Of a stretch of DNA of 64,000 nucleotides, positions 44,438 through 54,093 are shown piece by piece. Under the pieces are notes generated by a model. It saw only the letters and a list, made by a program, of their open reading frames with translations. It searched no databases and was not told where the DNA came from. Source of the DNA: Candidatus Heimdallarchaeota archaeon (GTDB taxonomy: Archaea; Asgardarchaeota; Heimdallarchaeia; Heimdallarchaeales; Heimdallarchaeaceae); the NCBI GenBank assembly GCA_016840095.1, contig JAEOSZ010000040.1:32001-96000 (forward strand). Direction: 5' to 3'. Position 1 is the first letter of the stretch; each line of letters opens with the position of its first letter. The translations under genes and the position numbers were made by a program.

Positions 44438-47437
44438 ATGTCGAAAAAGAAGAAGAAAAAAACAGAAACACCAGAAGAAGAAATCATATTAACACCTTGG
44501 CACAGTTATGACTCAAAGAAAATCTTTGACGAACTGGGCAGTGAAGAAAAAGGACTTTGGGAACATGATGTTGTAAGTCGGTTAGAAAAGTATGGTCATA
44601 ATAAGCTGACTATAACTGAAAAGTTTAAAGTTCTGAAAATGATTGCAGAGCAATTTACAGATTTTCTAGTTCTGCTCTTGATTGCTGCAGGTATTATTAG
44701 TATTGGTTTCGGTCTTAACCACTATATTCATGCGATTAATGACCCAGATATTCTAAAACCAACTCTTCTAGAACACGGAGAGGAAATCATTGATGCAATA
44801 GCGATATTTGCGATTGTAATAATTAATGCTGTTATCGGTTTTGTTCAAGATTATCGGTCGAATCAAGCATTGGAAAAACTAAAAGAGTATTTTGAACAAG
44901 ATGTTGTTGTTATTAGAGAAGGAAAAGAACAGATTGTTCATAGCAGCGATCTTGTCCCTGGAGATATTGTTAACCTAGAAGTTGGGGATAAGATACCTGC
45001 AGATTGTAGATTATTAAAAGCAAATAATTTCAAGATTGATGAAGCTCCTCTGACAGGAGAGAGCAATCCTATTACAAAGAATCTCGAAATAGTCGAAGAA
45101 GATTCAAGACTCCATGAACGAAAGAATATGATCTATTCCGGAACTACTTGTGTTTATGGAAGAGGACAAGCAATTGTTGTTGAAACTGGAATGAGAACTG
45201 AGATGGGTAAGATTGCTGAACTCACTCAAGTTAAAGAGGAACTAACTCCTCTTCAACAAGCACTTGATAAATTAGGAAAAGTACTTGGAATCATTATTCT
45301 AGTTATCTGTGCAGTTGTTATGATTGTAAATGCTTCTTTAGGAGAACCACTTCTAGAAAGTTTTGAAGTAGCTATATCACTAGCAATTTCAGCGGTTCCT
45401 GAAGGATTACCAGCTGCCATTGTAATCACATTAGCAATTGGTGTCTCTAAGATGGCTAAGAAAAACACAATCGTTTCCCGCTTACCAGCTGTTGAAACAC
45501 TAGGTTCAGTAGATTACATCTGTAGTGATAAGACTGGAACTCTAACAAGAAACGAGATGACAGTTAAGGAAGTCTGGACGATGCAAGGTAAAACAGAAAT
45601 TGGCGGTTCAGGATATTTACTCGATGGAGATTTCACACAAGATGGAAATGTAATAGATCCAAAGAGTGATAATATCTTAAACCAGCTAATCGAAACTGTT
45701 TATCATTGTAATAATTCAGGTGTTCTTAGAAATGAAGGAAAGATAGATATCAAAGGAGATCCAACAGAAGCAGCTCTTGTAGTTATAGGAGAAAAAGCAG
45801 GATATACTCCTGATATGATAAAGGAAAGAGATCACGAAATTTTCTTCGATTCTGACAGAAAAAGAATGACAACCATTCATGTTGATAATGGAAAATTATT
45901 TGCTTACATGAAAGGAAGTCCCCCCGTAGTACTGACAAGATGCAATTCAGCTATGAGTAACGGTAAAGTCGAGAAAATGACTAAGAAACTGGAACAAGAG
46001 ATTATGGATGCAAACCTGGAGATGTCTACAAGAGCACTAAGAGTACTAGCAGTAGCATACAGGGAAGTTCCTAAAGGTTACGATAAAGAAAATGTAGACG
46101 AAATAGAGGATGACATGGTTTTCATTGGATTAACAGGAATGATAGATCCAGCAAGACCAGAAGTAAAAGATGCAATAGAAGAATGTAGAATGGCTGGAAT
46201 TACAACAGTTATGATAACTGGAGATCAGCAACCAACAGCAATGGCAGTAGCTAAAGAAATTGGTATAATTACTTCTGAGGATGATTTAGTAGTGAACGGA
46301 GATGAATTCTCTCTAATGCCAGATGATGAGCTAAAAGAGATAATAGAGAAAATCAAAGTTTACAGTAGAATGAGTCCAAAAGACAAATACAGAGTAGTAG
46401 AAACATTACAAGAACTAGACCATAGAGTAGCATGCACCGGTGATGGTGTCAACGATGCTCCAGCAATCAAAAAGAGTGACATTGGAGTTGCCATGGGGAT
46501 TACAGGAACAGATGTTACAAAAGAAGTAGCTGATATGGTTATTACAGATGATGCTTTCAATACAATAGTTTCAGCTGTAGAAGAAGGAAGAAACATTTTC
46601 GAAAACATGAAAAAGTTCATTCGTTATCTCCTTAGTTGTAATTTTGATGAAATCTTCGCAGTTCTAATAGTATTTTCCATATGGCAAGAAATTCCATTCT
46701 TACCATTACAAATTTTATTCCTTAATCTCTTAACAGATGCTTTACCTGCATTAGCACTATCATTTGATCCTTATGATCCTGAATTGATGAAAAGACCTCC
46801 AAGAGGTAAACAATCATCATTTGTAAAAGACATGTATGTCTTTGCATCTATTGCAGGAATTGTTGCATTGGCATGTTCATTAGGAATATTCCTCTGGGCA
46901 TTCCTACATTATGCACCAAATGTATATGGATCTGAACATGATATTGGTGCTATTGGCAAAACATTCTATGATTGGGCAGTATTAGATGCAAATAACCTAG
47001 CTCAAACAGGAGAATTTACCATGTTTTCAACGGAATATTGGACATTTCTGCATGATCAAGTTAGACATTATGTAGTCTCTTACTCGCAAATGCTTGCTTT
47101 TATAGCTACCTTATCATTCGAACTATGGTTTGTCTTTATTGCAAGAAATGATAATCAAACTTCTCTAATAAAATCCAGGCCCTTTAAGAATAAATACTTG
47201 ATAGGTGCAGTCTTACTATCTTGGTTCTTATTAGTTGGAGCAGTTTATCTACCATCTACACAAGCAATATTTACAGGATTTAAATTACATACTTATAAGA
47301 TAACGTTAACTGATTGGGGAGCAATAATGGCTTTCACACTAGGATTCTGTTTGTTTGCGGAACTTATGAGATACGTGTTTAGAACAAGAGCATTCAAGAG
47401 TTTAGTTTCTAGATTTGGAGCAGCTGATTTAGCATAG
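44438..47437 (+). CDS. P2A-type cation (Ca2+) transporting P-type ATPase
   Basis: TGES, PEGLP, DKTGTLT, KGSP, MITGD, TGDGVNDAPA, LNLLTDALPALAL. Confidence 0.93.
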   Translation: MSKKKKKKTETPEEEIILTPWHSYDSKKIFDELGSEEKGLWEHDVVSRLEKYGHNKLTITEKFKVLKMIAEQFTDFLVLLLIAAGIISIGFGLNHYIHAINDPDILKPTLLEHGEEIIDAIAIFAIVIINAVIGFVQDYRSNQALEKLKEYFEQDVVVIREGKEQIVHSSDLVPGDIVNLEVGDKIPADCRLLKANNFKIDEAPLTGESNPITKNLEIVEEDSRLHERKNMIYSGTTCVYGRGQAIVVETGMRTEMGKIAELTQVKEELTPLQQALDKLGKVLGIIILVICAVVMIVNASLGEPLLESFEVAISLAISAVPEGLPAAIVITLAIGVSKMAKKNTIVSRLPAVETLGSVDYICSDKTGTLTRNEMTVKEVWTMQGKTEIGGSGYLLDGDFTQDGNVIDPKSDNILNQLIETVYHCNNSGVLRNEGKIDIKGDPTEAALVVIGEKAGYTPDMIKERDHEIFFDSDRKRMTTIHVDNGKLFAYMKGSPPVVLTRCNSAMSNGKVEKMTKKLEQEIMDANLEMSTRALRVLAVAYREVPKGYDKENVDEIEDDMVFIGLTGMIDPARPEVKDAIEECRMAGITTVMITGDQQPTAMAVAKEIGIITSEDDLVVNGDEFSLMPDDELKEIIEKIKVYSRMSPKDKYRVVETLQELDHRVACTGDGVNDAPAIKKSDIGVAMGITGTDVTKEVADMVITDDAFNTIVSAVEEGRNIFENMKKFIRYLLSCNFDEIFAVLIVFSIWQEIPFLPLQILFLNLLTDALPALALSFDPYDPELMKRPPRGKQSSFVKDMYVFASIAGIVALACSLGIFLWAFLHYAPNVYGSEHDIGAIGKTFYDWAVLDANNLAQTGEFTMFSTEYWTFLHDQVRHYVVSYSQMLAFIATLSFELWFVFIARNDNQTSLIKSRPFKNKYLIGAVLLSWFLLVGAVYLPSTQAIFTGFKLHTYKITLTDWGAIMAFTLGFCLFAELMRYVFRTRAFKSLVSRFGAADLA

Positions 47438-47480
47438 CTCTCTTCTTTCTTTTCTTTTTATTTTTCAAATTTTTTTTTAC
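47438..47480 (+). terminator. Oligo-T/pyrimidine tract, probable archaeal intrinsic terminator
   Basis: Long run of T/C with several T5-T9 stretches directly after the ATPase stop codon. Confidence 0.55.
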
Positions 47481-47539
47481 TTGTTTACAAAATCTTTTTA
47501 TTGAAAAAATATTGACTTTAAACATTCAGAATAGTTCGG

Positions 47540-48163
47540 TTGGATAAAATGAATTATGATTTGAAAGACTTTCCAGTGATTATTCTAGCAGCTGGAGATT
47601 CAACCCGAACTGGTATTCCTAAAGGACTTTTAGATTATAATGGAACACCTTTTCTTTCACATCAATTACTTTTGTTACTAGATATAGGTTTTAAAAATCT
47701 GATTGTTGTTTTAGGTAAGGATGCAGAACAGTACAAAGCTGAAATAAGACAATTAAATCACTTAACTGTCTGTATAAATACACAACCAGAGAGAGGACCT
47801 TTTTCATCTATACAATGTGGTCTACAGGAAATAGATGCTGGAGAACAAAATGGTCCTTTCATTTTACCTGCAGATGTTCCTTGTCCTGAAAAAGAAGTAT
47901 GGGTCAAGTTGATAGAAGGTTTGAACTCTTCTGAAACATTAGTAACGATTCCTGAATTTAATGAAAGACGAGGACATCCTGTACTTATTTCTGCGGAATT
48001 CAAAAACTACTTGTTGGAATGTGAATCAGATTCTCGTTTAGACTTTGAAATAAATAAACAAAAAGAATTGCAGAAGGCAAAGATTATATCTGTAAACGAT
48101 AAGAAAATTACACTCAATATTAATACTCTTGAAGATTGGGAAGCTTTTAAGGTGATGAAATGA
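47540..48163 (+). CDS. MocA-like molybdenum cofactor nucleotidyltransferase
   Basis: IILAAGDSTRTGIPKGLL, PADVP, RGHPVLI, NINTLEDW. ATGA overlap with the Mo-hydroxylase gene. Confidence 0.8.
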   Translation: MDKMNYDLKDFPVIILAAGDSTRTGIPKGLLDYNGTPFLSHQLLLLLDIGFKNLIVVLGKDAEQYKAEIRQLNHLTVCINTQPERGPFSSIQCGLQEIDAGEQNGPFILPADVPCPEKEVWVKLIEGLNSSETLVTIPEFNERRGHPVLISAEFKNYLLECESDSRLDFEINKQKELQKAKIISVNDKKITLNINTLEDWEAFKVMK

Positions 48164-50799
48164 ATGTAACTTTTACTCTTAATGGAAAAGAAACAACAGT
48201 CGAATATGAAGAGGGAATGAGTGTTTTAGATGTTCTACGAGAAGTATGTCTGATTAAGAGCTGTAAAGATGGATGCTCAGGTCAAGGTTTCTGTGGAGCA
48301 TGTACAGTTCTCATTAATGGAAAAGCCATGATGTCTTGTAGACAAAAACCCGAATCAATTGAGGGTAAGGAAATTGTCACTATTGAAGGACTTAGGAAAG
48401 AAGAGCAAGAGATAATTTCTAAATCTATGGTTAAAGAAGGTGCAATCCAGTGTGGTTTTTGTACTCCTGGAATTGTAATGAGGATCAAAAGTTTTCTTGA
48501 CCAAAACCCAATTTCAACAAGAGAAGAGAAAGCAAGAGCAATCACAAGCAATTTGTGTAGATGTACTGGTTATCAGAGAATAGTAGATGCAATTGAGACA
48601 GCAGAAAAACACTGGCAGAGTAAAGATACTAATATCTCAGGTCCACCAAGAAGAAATGAGTTCTTTGGTGAACAACATGGATTTTCTAGAGAATTCGAAC
48701 CCAAAAAAGATGGTGTAGGATCAAGTGCTCCCAGATACCGTGGAATAGATATGGCACTAGGTGAGAAGCCATACATAGCAGATATGGAAAAGGAAAATAT
48801 GCTTCATGGAGCTTTACTTTTGAGTAAATATCCACGTGCCAAAGTTCTAAAGATTGATACTTCTGAAGCTGAAAATGGTTGTGGTGTTGTAAGAATATTC
48901 ACTGCACCAGATGTTCCAGGTAAAAGAATAATTGGTCATATAATACCCGATTGGCCAGTGTTTGTTGCAGAAGGAGAAATAACTAGATATGTTGGTGATG
49001 TTCTTGCTATGGTTGTTGCTGATTCGATGCTACACGCAAGAGCCGCTCTAGAGAAGATAAATATAGAATATGAAATCTTGGAACTAGTTGATGATCCTAT
49101 CAAAGCATTAGCAGAAGATGCTATAAAAATCCATGAAAAAGGAAATCTTTTAGGTCATACTTTCTTTGGAAGAGGAGATGTAGATGACGCTCTTAGTAAA
49201 TCAAAATATGTGATTAAACATCAATTCAAGACTCAAAGAATTGAACATGCTTTCATGGAGGTAGAAAGCTCTCTTGCAGTTCCAACTGAAAATGGAATTC
49301 ATGTTTATAGTCAAGGACAAGGAGTGCATGAAGATCAAAGACAGATTGCAGAAGTACTTGGTCTTGAAACTGGAAATGTTATTGTGGAATTAGTAACTAA
49401 TGGAGGAGCTTTTGGTGGTAAGGAGGATCTCAGCTGTCAAGCACAAACAGCTATTGCTTCGTTCTTGTTGAAAAAACCAGTTAAAACAGTATTAACTAGA
49501 GAGCAGTCACTTTTGATGCATGTTAAACGTCATCCTATGACCATGAACTATGAAGTTGGAGCAGATGAAAATGGTAAGCTAACAGCTGTAAGAATGAAAC
49601 TCATTGCAGATACTGGTGCATATGCTTCTGTTGGAGCTAAAGTTGTAGAACGTGCAGCTGGACATTGCTGTGGTCCATACTATGTTCCCAATGTAGATGT
49701 TGACGCAAAAGCTGTCTATACCAACAATCCTGTTTGTGGAGCGATGAGAGGTTTTGGAGTCAATCAAACTTCTTTTGCCATGGAAACTTGTTTGAATTTA
49801 ATTTCTCAAAAAATGAGAGAAGATGGTTTAGAAATAGATGATTTTGATATAAGGGAAAGGAATATTCTCAAGGATGGTCAAAGATTCGCAACAGGACAAA
49901 AAATGACACCAACTGTAGTTGGAATGCAAAAATGCTTAGATGTTGTAAAAGATGCATACAAATCATCTACAGTTCCTACTGGGATAGCATGTGGTATAAA
50001 GAACACTGGTATTGGAAATGGACTTGAAGATACAGGAAGAGTTTTGATAAAGGTTTTAGAAGATGAAACAATTGAGATCTTAACTGGTTTTACAGAAATG
50101 GGTCAGGGGCTTTTTACTATTTTATCACAAGTTGTTTCTGAATTAACAGATATTCCTTTGTCTAAAATGAGCATAAAATCTATTAGTTATCCAAAAACTA
50201 AATGTGGGATGACAACTGCTTCAAGAGCAACAGCTCTAGATTCTATGGCTGCAAAGAAGGCTGCTGAAAAGCTTGTAAAAGCTCTTGAATCTAAAACTCT
50301 CAAAGAGTTAAAAGGACAAGAATTTCATGGAGAGTATATAACCAATTTTACAGTTAAACCTGGAACACCAATCGATAATCCAGTTACACATCTAACTTTC
50401 AGTTATGCTGTTCAAGTTGCTTTTCTTGACGAAAAAGGAAACCTGAAGAAAATGATTGCTGCACATGATGTTGGAAAAGTAATGAATCCTATGGCTTGTG
50501 CTGGTCAGATTGAAGGCGGAATCCATATGGGTTTAGGTCATACTCTTTCTGAAAGTTTTCCATCAACCAAAGGAGTTCCAAATTCTTTGAAAATGAGAGA
50601 TTTGCAGATAGTAAAAGCAAGAGACACTCCAGAAGTAGAAGTTATACTTGTTGAGGTTCCAGAAGATATTGGAGGATTTGGATCTAAAGGAGTAGGAGAG
50701 ATTGGTCTAGTTCCTACAGCTGGAGCAGTTGCAGGTGCCTTGTATAAATTTGATAATAAACCCCGTTTCTCTCTACCATTATTGAGAAAAGAAAAATAA
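48160..50799 (+). CDS. Xanthine dehydrogenase-family Mo-hydroxylase, fused 2x[2Fe-2S] + Mo domains (selenium-dependent XDH-like)
   Basis: KDGCSGQGFCGACTV, QCGFCTPG, NLCRCTGY, GGAFGGKE, AMRGFG, TTASR, GSKGVGE. Confidence 0.88.
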   Translation: MNVTFTLNGKETTVEYEEGMSVLDVLREVCLIKSCKDGCSGQGFCGACTVLINGKAMMSCRQKPESIEGKEIVTIEGLRKEEQEIISKSMVKEGAIQCGFCTPGIVMRIKSFLDQNPISTREEKARAITSNLCRCTGYQRIVDAIETAEKHWQSKDTNISGPPRRNEFFGEQHGFSREFEPKKDGVGSSAPRYRGIDMALGEKPYIADMEKENMLHGALLLSKYPRAKVLKIDTSEAENGCGVVRIFTAPDVPGKRIIGHIIPDWPVFVAEGEITRYVGDVLAMVVADSMLHARAALEKINIEYEILELVDDPIKALAEDAIKIHEKGNLLGHTFFGRGDVDDALSKSKYVIKHQFKTQRIEHAFMEVESSLAVPTENGIHVYSQGQGVHEDQRQIAEVLGLETGNVIVELVTNGGAFGGKEDLSCQAQTAIASFLLKKPVKTVLTREQSLLMHVKRHPMTMNYEVGADENGKLTAVRMKLIADTGAYASVGAKVVERAAGHCCGPYYVPNVDVDAKAVYTNNPVCGAMRGFGVNQTSFAMETCLNLISQKMREDGLEIDDFDIRERNILKDGQRFATGQKMTPTVVGMQKCLDVVKDAYKSSTVPTGIACGIKNTGIGNGLEDTGRVLIKVLEDETIEILTGFTEMGQGLFTILSQVVSELTDIPLSKMSIKSISYPKTKCGMTTASRATALDSMAAKKAAEKLVKALESKTLKELKGQEFHGEYITNFTVKPGTPIDNPVTHLTFSYAVQVAFLDEKGNLKKMIAAHDVGKVMNPMACAGQIEGGIHMGLGHTLSESFPSTKGVPNSLKMRDLQIVKARDTPEVEVILVEVPEDIGGFGSKGVGEIGLVPTAGAVAGALYKFDNKPRFSLPLLRKEK

Positions 50800-50831
50800 A
50801 AGAATTGAAGAACTAATCTTCAATAATATTT

Positions 50832-51788
50832 CTATGGAACAATTCTAGTTCCTGTTTCACCTTTCAAAGCACGACCTATGTTTTCAGGATTGGTGATTAA
50901 AGCTTCTTTGCCACCCTGTTCTAAAAATCCAACAATAGCTTTAATTTTTGGTTCCATAGATCCTTTTGCGAAGTGAGTTCCTTCATCAAGATATTTCTTT
51001 GCTTCTGCAACTGTCATTTGGTCTATATCAACTTGATTTGGTTTACCAAAATTCAAAGCAACTTTTTCAACAGCAGTTGAAATCAATAGCATATCAGCAT
51101 CAATCTTATTAGCTAGGAATGCTGATGCAAAATCCTTGTCAATAACAGCTGCAGTTCCAATGATTCCATCATCTGTTTGAATAACAGGAATACCACCACC
51201 ACCTACAGTAATTGTGATTACACCTGCAGCAATCAAAGCTTTAACAGCTTCCAATTCCATTATCTCTACTGGTAATGGGGAAGGTACTACTCTACGCCAA
51301 CCACGACCTGAATCTTCAACAACATTCCACCCTAATGATTCCTTTCTTTGTTCTGCTTCATCTGCTTCCATGAAAGTTCCTATAGGTTTAGTAGGTTTTA
51401 GAAAAGCAGGATCAGTAGGATCTACTCTGACTTGAGTAACCACTGTAGTTACTGGTTTGACTATTCCTCTTATTTTGAGCTCGTTCTGGATATTTTGCTG
51501 CAATGCATATCCTATAGCACCTTGACTATCAGCTCCACAAACATCAAGAGGTAATTCATGCATACCTTCAACCTTATGAGCAATTTCACTTCGGCGTAGA
51601 ATGAATCCAACTTGAGGTCCATTACCATGACCTATAGCAATATCCCATCCTGCTTCAATCATATCTACCATGTGATATGCAGTTTCTTTGGCAGCTTTGT
51701 ATTGGTCTTGTACAGTTTGATGTTGCTTATCTTTTATTAGTGAATTACCACCTATAGCAACAACTGCTACTTTCTTTCCTTCAGACAT
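50832..51788 (-). CDS. arcC: Carbamate kinase
   Basis: VVAIGGNSL, HGNGPQVG, PTKPIG, EDSGRGWRRVVPSP, AVIDKD, GSMEPK. ATG 51788 preferred over 51797. Confidence 0.93.
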   Translation of the reverse strand: MSEGKKVAVVAIGGNSLIKDKQHQTVQDQYKAAKETAYHMVDMIEAGWDIAIGHGNGPQVGFILRRSEIAHKVEGMHELPLDVCGADSQGAIGYALQQNIQNELKIRGIVKPVTTVVTQVRVDPTDPAFLKPTKPIGTFMEADEAEQRKESLGWNVVEDSGRGWRRVVPSPLPVEIMELEAVKALIAAGVITITVGGGGIPVIQTDDGIIGTAAVIDKDFASAFLANKIDADMLLISTAVEKVALNFGKPNQVDIDQMTVAEAKKYLDEGTHFAKGSMEPKIKAIVGFLEQGGKEALITNPENIGRALKGETGTRIVP

Positions 51789-51893
51789 CGGTATCACATT
51801 CCTTCAATTATGTAGTTTAAATATTTCGTTTTAGGACTAACTGAGTTAGGGGTTACTAGAAATTCTTATAATTTCAAAATTAAACCTTACTAG

Positions 51894-52754
51894 TTGAATA
51901 GAATGTTACATGAATTAGAAGAAAATGAGTTCTACCAAGTTAAAAAACTATTTTCCAGTTTAGCTGAACATCAATTAATGTTGGTTTCAGTGTTAGAAGG
52001 AAACCAATATGGTAGGATATTTGTTGATGATAAAGAAAATCCTGGTTCTGGTTTTGTTCATCTAGGAAAAGTTTTTTTCTTTTTTGCGGGATCTTCAAAA
52101 AACAATGAATTCAATTGTGATTTGAAAGAAATTCTCGGAAATGATATATTTCCAAATTATAAGGAAGACTACAAATATATCTTTATGTTCTATGAACAAG
52201 AATGGAGGGATGCAATCAAAGATATATTTGACGGAAAAGTATCGACTGGAGAGGAAGTATACCACACTTTAAGTAGAAATGAAAGGAAAGAATGGAATTC
52301 TACTTTATCACAAGATTTCAGCATTAAAAGAGTGAATAGAGAATTTATTGAAAACAAATCTAATGAAATTCCAGAAGAAATCAGAATTGAATGGTGGCTT
52401 TCAGATAATAAGAACTCGTTAGATGAATTTTATAATAGAAGATTTGCATTTGCAGTAGTTTATCAAGAGAAACTTGTTGTTGGTTTCTGTTATTGCAGTT
52501 ATATCTCAAATAACTTGAGTAGGTGTGATCTTGGGATAACAACAAAATCAGATTTTCAAAGAAAAGGATTAGGGAAGAATCTTTTATTTCATACATTAGA
52601 ACACTGTTGGGAATTAGGAGTCAACACAGTTGAATGGCATACTACAGAAGATAATATTGCAAGTATTAAGTTGGCAGAATCTGCTGGTTTCAAATTTAAT
52701 AGAAAATTACCCATGTGTTTTGGAAACTGGGAGTTAAGTAGACCTAATTCATAA
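51894..52754 (+). CDS. GNAT-family acetyltransferase
   Basis: DLGITTKSDFQRKGLG acetyl-CoA motif; NIASIKLAESAGF. Confidence 0.85.
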   Translation: MNRMLHELEENEFYQVKKLFSSLAEHQLMLVSVLEGNQYGRIFVDDKENPGSGFVHLGKVFFFFAGSSKNNEFNCDLKEILGNDIFPNYKEDYKYIFMFYEQEWRDAIKDIFDGKVSTGEEVYHTLSRNERKEWNSTLSQDFSIKRVNREFIENKSNEIPEEIRIEWWLSDNKNSLDEFYNRRFAFAVVYQEKLVVGFCYCSYISNNLSRCDLGITTKSDFQRKGLGKNLLFHTLEHCWELGVNTVEWHTTEDNIASIKLAESAGFKFNRKLPMCFGNWELSRPNS

Positions 52755-52778
52755 AAGTAAGATTGTGTGATTACTCAT

Positions 52779-52958
52779 TTAATTTAAATGACTATTAAAA
52801 CATCTTCTACATTTGTAACAAAAAGTATCATCTGAGTTTAATTTAATTCCACATACAGGACATTTTTTTTCGTTCATCCTTCTTGTTCTATTGAAAGTGT
52901 CAGTCTTGTAGTTAAGGTTCTGTTCTTTTCTAATCTTTGAAAGATATTTTCTTGCCAA
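52779..52958 (-). CDS. Small zinc-ribbon protein (59 aa), not in the ORF track
   Basis: GAGGAG SD-like sequence, then TTG: MARKYLSKIRKEQNLNYKTDTFNRTRRMNEKKCPVCGIKLNSDDTFCYKCRRCFNSHLN. Confidence 0.7.
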   Translation of the reverse strand: MARKYLSKIRKEQNLNYKTDTFNRTRRMNEKKCPVCGIKLNSDDTFCYKCRRCFNSHLN

Positions 52959-53088
52959 GTAGTTCTCCTCTTTTCAAATTAAAAAATTTGATTCAACTAT
53001 TTCCATTTCAATTATAGAAAAAATACTAATAAATCACTAGATTTTACAAAAATTCTTTTGAAAAATTAAATCTAGAAAAAGAGTTATT

Positions 53089-53106
53089 GGAGAAATTTAA
53101 TTCTCC
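53089..53106 (-). terminator. Short hairpin immediately after the YgeW-like stop codon
   Basis: ggagaa-atttaa-ttctcc inverted repeat, followed on the minus strand by CTCTTTTT. Confidence 0.35.
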
Positions 53107-54086
53107 TATTTCATTGTTAGAGCCATAACTGCTTTTTGAGCATGCATCCTGTTTTCAGCTTGATCAAAAACAACTGATTGAGGACCATCCATAACTTCAC
53201 TTGTGACTTCAACATCACGATCAGCAGGTAATGGGTGCATGTAAATAGCATCTTTGTGAGCTAATGCCATCTTCTTTGAATCAGTTATCCAATCCTTGTA
53301 CTTGTCTTGGATTTTCTTACCTTCTTCTGGATCATTAGTTGTTAGTAAAGGTCCCCAAGATTTTGCATAAACTATTTCTGCATCTTTAAAACCCTCTTCC
53401 ATGCTGTCGACTACTTCGAACTTACTACCAAACTTATCAGCTTGTTCTTGAGCTTGTTTCATGATTTCAGGCATCAATTTGAATTCAGGAGGATGTGCTA
53501 AAGTAACATCTAATCCAAATCTAGGCATCTGTAGAATTAATGATTGTGGAACAGAAATTGGTTTCAAGTATGATGAAGCATAAGCCCATGAAACCACCAT
53601 CTTTTTGCCTTTCAAATCACGACCCTTTTTCTCAATGATTGTCATGATATCAGCTAAGCACTGATGAGGATGATAAACATCACACTGCATATTCAATACT
53701 GGTGAGCGAGATGCAGATGCTACATGATTGATGTACTTGTTACCTATACCCCAATCACAGTGTCTAATTGCAATTCCATCAAAATATCTGCCAAGGATTT
53801 CTCCTAGTTCTTTTTCAGTGTCTCCATGAGAAACTTGAGTAGTACGACTCTCCATAAACGCAGCGTGACCTCCTAGCTGTGCCATACCAGCTTCAAATGA
53901 GGCTCGAGTACGTGTGCTGGAGAAGAAGAAAAGCATACAAAGGGTCTTATCTAGAAGAAGAGCATGTCTTTCACCTAGAGCTCTTCTTTTCTTAAGATCC
54001 CAAGCAACATCTAAGATGGTTTCGACTTCTTCTTTGGTGAAATCTAAGTCACCGATTAAATCTCGACCACGTAAATCAGATTGCAT
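53106..54086 (-). CDS. YgeW-like (knotted) carbamoyltransferase
   Basis: SSTRT, HPHQ, WAYASSYLKPISVPQS (YgeW-type loop), YAKSWG, HPLPADR, QAENRMH. GGGTGA SD before ATG 54086. Confidence 0.82.
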   Translation of the reverse strand: MQSDLRGRDLIGDLDFTKEEVETILDVAWDLKKRRALGERHALLLDKTLCMLFFFSSTRTRASFEAGMAQLGGHAAFMESRTTQVSHGDTEKELGEILGRYFDGIAIRHCDWGIGNKYINHVASASRSPVLNMQCDVYHPHQCLADIMTIIEKKGRDLKGKKMVVSWAYASSYLKPISVPQSLILQMPRFGLDVTLAHPPEFKLMPEIMKQAQEQADKFGSKFEVVDSMEEGFKDAEIVYAKSWGPLLTTNDPEEGKKIQDKYKDWITDSKKMALAHKDAIYMHPLPADRDVEVTSEVMDGPQSVVFDQAENRMHAQKAVMALTMK

Positions 54087-54093
54087 TAAGTCT

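Noticed and set aside
50832-54086. Arginine deiminase pathway (arcB-arcC)
   Set aside because: There is no arcA, and the transcarbamylase lacks the ornithine-binding SMG/HCLP motifs while having the YgeW-type loop.
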